DNA of 64,000 bases, from NCBI RefSeq assembly GCF_044704955.1, contig NC_091987.1:159650001-159714000 (forward strand). Direction: 5' to 3'. Positions 60,569 through 64,000 of the stretch are shown piece by piece. A program made the translations under genes and the position numbers. Origin of the DNA: Pristiophorus japonicus. Lineage: Eukaryota. Every line of letters starts with the position of its first letter. The stretch's first letter is position 1. The notes beneath the pieces are model-generated. The model ran no database searches. It saw nothing but the letters and a program-made list of their open reading frames with translations, and was not told the DNA's origin.

Positions 60569-62397
60569 ATAGAACATAAGAACTTAAGTATTAGGAACAG
60601 GAGTAGGCCTCTACCCTCTCGAGCTTGCTCCGCCATTCAACAAGATCATGGCTGATCTGGCCGTGGACTCAGCTCCACTTACCCACCCGCTAATCAAATT
60701 CTTAATTCCCTAATTGGTTAAAAATCTATCTATCTCTGACTTGAATACATTCAATGAGCTAGCCTCAACTGCTTCCTTGGGTAGAGAATTCAACAGATTC
60801 ACAACCCTCTGGGAGAAGAAATTCCTTCTCAACTCGGGTTTAAATTGGCTCCCCCGTATTTTGAGGCTGTGCCCCCTAGTTCTAGTGTCCCTGACCAGTG
60901 GAAACAACCTCTTTGCATCTATCTTGTCTATCCCTTTCATTATTTTAAATGTTTCTGTACGATCACCCCACATCCTTCTTAACTCCAACTAGTAAAGACC
61001 CAGTCAACTCAATCTATCTTCATAAGGTAACCCCCTCATCTCAGGATTCTGCCTAGTGAATCATCTCTGTACCCCCTCCAAAGCCAATATATCCTTCTTT
61101 AAGTAAGGTCACCAAAACTGCACGCAGTACTCTAGGTGCGGCCTCAGCAATACCCTGTACAGTTGCAGAAGGGCATCCCTGCTTTTGTACTCCATCCCTC
61201 TCGCAATGAAGGCCAACATTCCATTCGCCTTACTGATTACCTGTTGCACCTGCAAACTAACTTTTTGGGATTCATGCACAAGGACCCACAGGTCCCCCTG
61301 CACTGTTGCATGTTGTAATTTCTCCCCATTCAAATAATATTCTCTTTTACTGTTTATTTTTCCCAAGGTGGATGACCTCACACTTTCCGACATTGTATTC
61401 CATCTGCCAAACCTTAGCCATTCGCTTAACCTATCTAAATCTCTTAGCAGACTATCTGTGTCCTCTTCACAACCTGGATTTCCCAGTAATCTTTGTATCA
61501 TCTGCAAATTTTGTTACACTACACTCTGTCCACTCTTCCAGGTCATCTATGTATATTGTAAATAGTTGTGGTCCCAGCACCGATCCGTGTGGCACACCAC
61601 TCACCACCGATTTCCAACCCGAAAAGGACCCATTTACCCTGATACTCTGCTTTCTGTTAGCCAGCCAATTCTCTATCCCTGCTAATACATTTCCACTTAC
61701 TCTGCATACCTTTATCTTCTGCAGTAATCTTTTGTGTGGCACCTTATCGAATGCCTTTTGAAAATCTAAATACACCACATCTATCGGTCCACCTCTATCC
61801 ACCATGCTCGTTATATCCTCAAATAATTACAGTAAATTAGTTAAACATGATTTCCACATCATGAATCCATGCTGCGTCTGCTTGATTGCAATATTCCGAT
61901 CTATATGTCCCGCTATTTCTTCCTTGATGATAGTTTCACGCATTTACCCCACTCCAGATGTTAAAATGACCGGCCTATAGTTACCTGACTTTTATGCGCC
62001 CTTTTTTAAACAGAGGCGTTACATTAGCTGCTTTCCAATCCGCTGGTACCTCCCCAGAGTCCAGAGAATTTTAATAGATTGTAACTAATGCATCTGCTCT
62101 AACTTGAGCCATCTCTTTTAATACGCTGGGATGCATTTCATCAGGACCAGGGGACTTGTCTACCTTGAGTCCCATTCGCCTGACCAGCACTACCCCCACT
62201 AGTGATAGTGAATGTCTCAAGGTCCTCCCTTCCCACATTCCTGTGACCAGAAATTTCTGGCATGGTTTCTCTGTCTTCCACTGTGAAGACCGAAGTAAAA
62301 TAATTTTTTCATGTCTCAGCCATTTCCACATTTCCCATTATTAAATTCCCCTTCTTATCTTCTAAGGGACCAACATTTACTTTACTCACTCTTTTCC
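60569..62397 (-). mobile_element. CR1-clade LINE, family B, duplicate of 54866-56903, cut off at 62397 by a family-A element
   Basis: Same insertion point (ggttctgttc|atagaacataag). Shares private changes with the first copy (RRMW, DLWV, RRMGLK). YLDFQKAFD and FADD motifs; frameshifted. Confidence 0.95.
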
Positions 62398-64000
62398 CTG
62401 CAGTCAGAATCAGGGGAATTCATAACGGGGAAGAAAGAAATGGCGCACAAATTGAACAAGTGCTTTGTTTCGGTATTCACTGAGGAGGAGACAAACAATC
62501 TTCCGGATATAAAAGGGGTCGGAGGGTCTAGTAAGGAGGAGGAACTGAAGGAAATTGTGTTGGGGAAACTGATGGGATTGAAGGCCGATAAATCCCCAGG
62601 GCCTGATGGACTGCGTCCCAGAGTACTTAAGGAACTGGGCTTGGAAATAGTGGATGCAGTAACAGTCATTTTCCAACATTCCATTGACTCTGGATCAGTT
62701 CCTATGGAGTGGAGGTTAGCCAATGTAACCTCACTTTTTAAAAAAGGAGGGAGAGAGAAAACAGAGAATTGTAGAACGGTCAGCCTGACATCGGTTGTGG
62801 GCAAAATGATGGAATCAATTATTAAGGATGTCATAGCAGTGCATTTGGAAAGAGGTGATATGATAGGTCCAAGTCAGCATGGATTTGTGAAAGGGAAATC
62901 ATGCTTGACAAATCTTCTGGAATTTTTTGAGGATGTTTCCAGTAGAGTGGACAAGGGAGAACAAGTTGATATGGTATATTTGGACTTTCAAACGGCTTTC
63001 GACAAGGTCCCACACAAGAGATTAATGTGCAAAGTTAAAGCACATGGATTGGGGGTAGTGTGCTGACAGGGATTGAGAACTGGTTGTCAGACAGGAAGCA
63101 AAGAGTAGGAGTAAATGGGGACTTTTCAGAATGGAAGGCAGTGACTAGTGGGGTACCGCAAGGTTCTGTGCTGGGGCCCCAGCTGTTTACACTGTACATT
63201 AATGATTTAGACGAGGGGATTAAATGTAGTATCTCCAAATTTGCAGATGACACGAAGTTGGGTGGCAGTGTGAGCTGCGAGGAGGATGCTATGAGGCTGC
63301 AGAGTGACTTGGATAGTTTAGGTGCGTGGGCAAATGCATGGCAGATAAAGTATAATGTGGATAAATGTGAGGTTATCCACTTTGGTGGTAAAAACAGAGA
63401 AACAGACTATTATCTGAATGGTGACAGATTAGGAAAAGGGGAGGTACAAAGGGTGTCATGGTACATCAGTCATTGAAGGTTGGCATGCAGGTACAGCAGG
63501 CGGTTAAGAAAGCAAATTGCATGTTGGCCTTCATAGTGAGGGGATTTAAGTACAGGGGCAGGGAGGTGTTGCTACAGTTGTACAGGGCCTTGGTGAGGCC
63601 ACACCTGGAGTATTGTGTCCAGTTTTGGTCTCCTAACTTGAGGAAGGACATTCTTGCTATTGAGGGAGTGCAGCGAAGGTTCACCAGACTGATTCCCGGG
63701 ATGGCGGGACTGACCTATCAAGAAAGACTGGATCAACCGGGCTTATATTCACTGGAGTTCAGAAGAATGAGAGGGGTACCTCATAGAAACGTTTGAAATT
63801 CTGATGGGGTTGGACAGGTTAGATGCAGGAAGAAAGTTCCCAAAGTTGGGGAAGTCCAGAACCAGGGGACATAGTCTAAGGATAACGGGTAAGACATTTA
63901 GGACCGAGATGAGGAGGAATTTCTTCACCCAGAGAGTGGTGAACCTGTGGAATTCTCTACCACAGAAAGTTGTTGAGGCCAGTTCACTGAATATATTCAA
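62396..64000 (+). mobile_element. CR1-clade LINE, family A, 5'-truncated and frameshifted; continues off the right edge
   Basis: Begins at ccctgcagtcagaatc (equivalent to ~41335 of the long copy). RT motifs GVPQGSVLGP and FADD. 18-bp deletion at ~62550; frameshifts near 63046, 63450 and 63776. Confidence 0.96.

Larger units (their letters stand above)
51480..62397 (+). repeat. Older, diverged tandem duplication of a satellite + family-B LINE unit (~5.7-6.0 kb offset); boundaries approximate
   Basis: Paired landmarks: ccggttgaagcc 51481/57483; ggtgcaatta ~52255/58314; ggggccgcctttgattcgg ~53515/59322; LINE 3' junction 54866/60569. Confidence 0.82.

Noticed and set aside
54860-60570. Sequence-specific targeting by family B (same site used twice)
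   Set aside because: Shared private mutations and paralogous flanks indicate one insertion that was later duplicated.
60569-64000. Twin-priming 5' inversion of a single LINE
   Set aside because: The two arms belong to different families, both cover the same RT region, and the left arm has its own tail and a sister copy.

Overview
Eukaryotic, gene-free repeat DNA, most likely from an elasmobranch (shark or ray), inferred from the CR1/HER1-type LINE 3' ends; the species cannot be determined from the sequence. About 50 kb is one strongly strand-biased, degenerate G/T-rich, CpG-rich satellite. It is built from pentamers (GGTTC/GGTTG/GGGCC) that form a ~21-bp monomer (GGGCCGGGTTCGGTTCGGTTG), which is organised further into ~0.7 kb, ~1.75 kb and ~6.2/8.1 kb higher-order repeats. 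Seven 5'-truncated CR1-clade non-LTR retrotransposon copies from two families interrupt it. Family A has a (TTCTATGT)n tail: 1-808 (-), 9008-10766, 14375-16133, 39877-43120, 62396-64000. Family B has a (TTCTTATG)n tail: 54866-56903 and 60569-62397, both (-). Two LINE pairs are products of tandem duplication of satellite+LINE units (a young one of 5367 bp and an older one of ~5.7-6 kb). The young pair keeps an uninterrupted 552-codon, endonuclease-less RT frame. The very numerous G/R/V/F/W-rich and P/N/R/T-rich ORFs are artefacts of satellite composition. No host genes, RNA genes or CRISPR arrays are supported.
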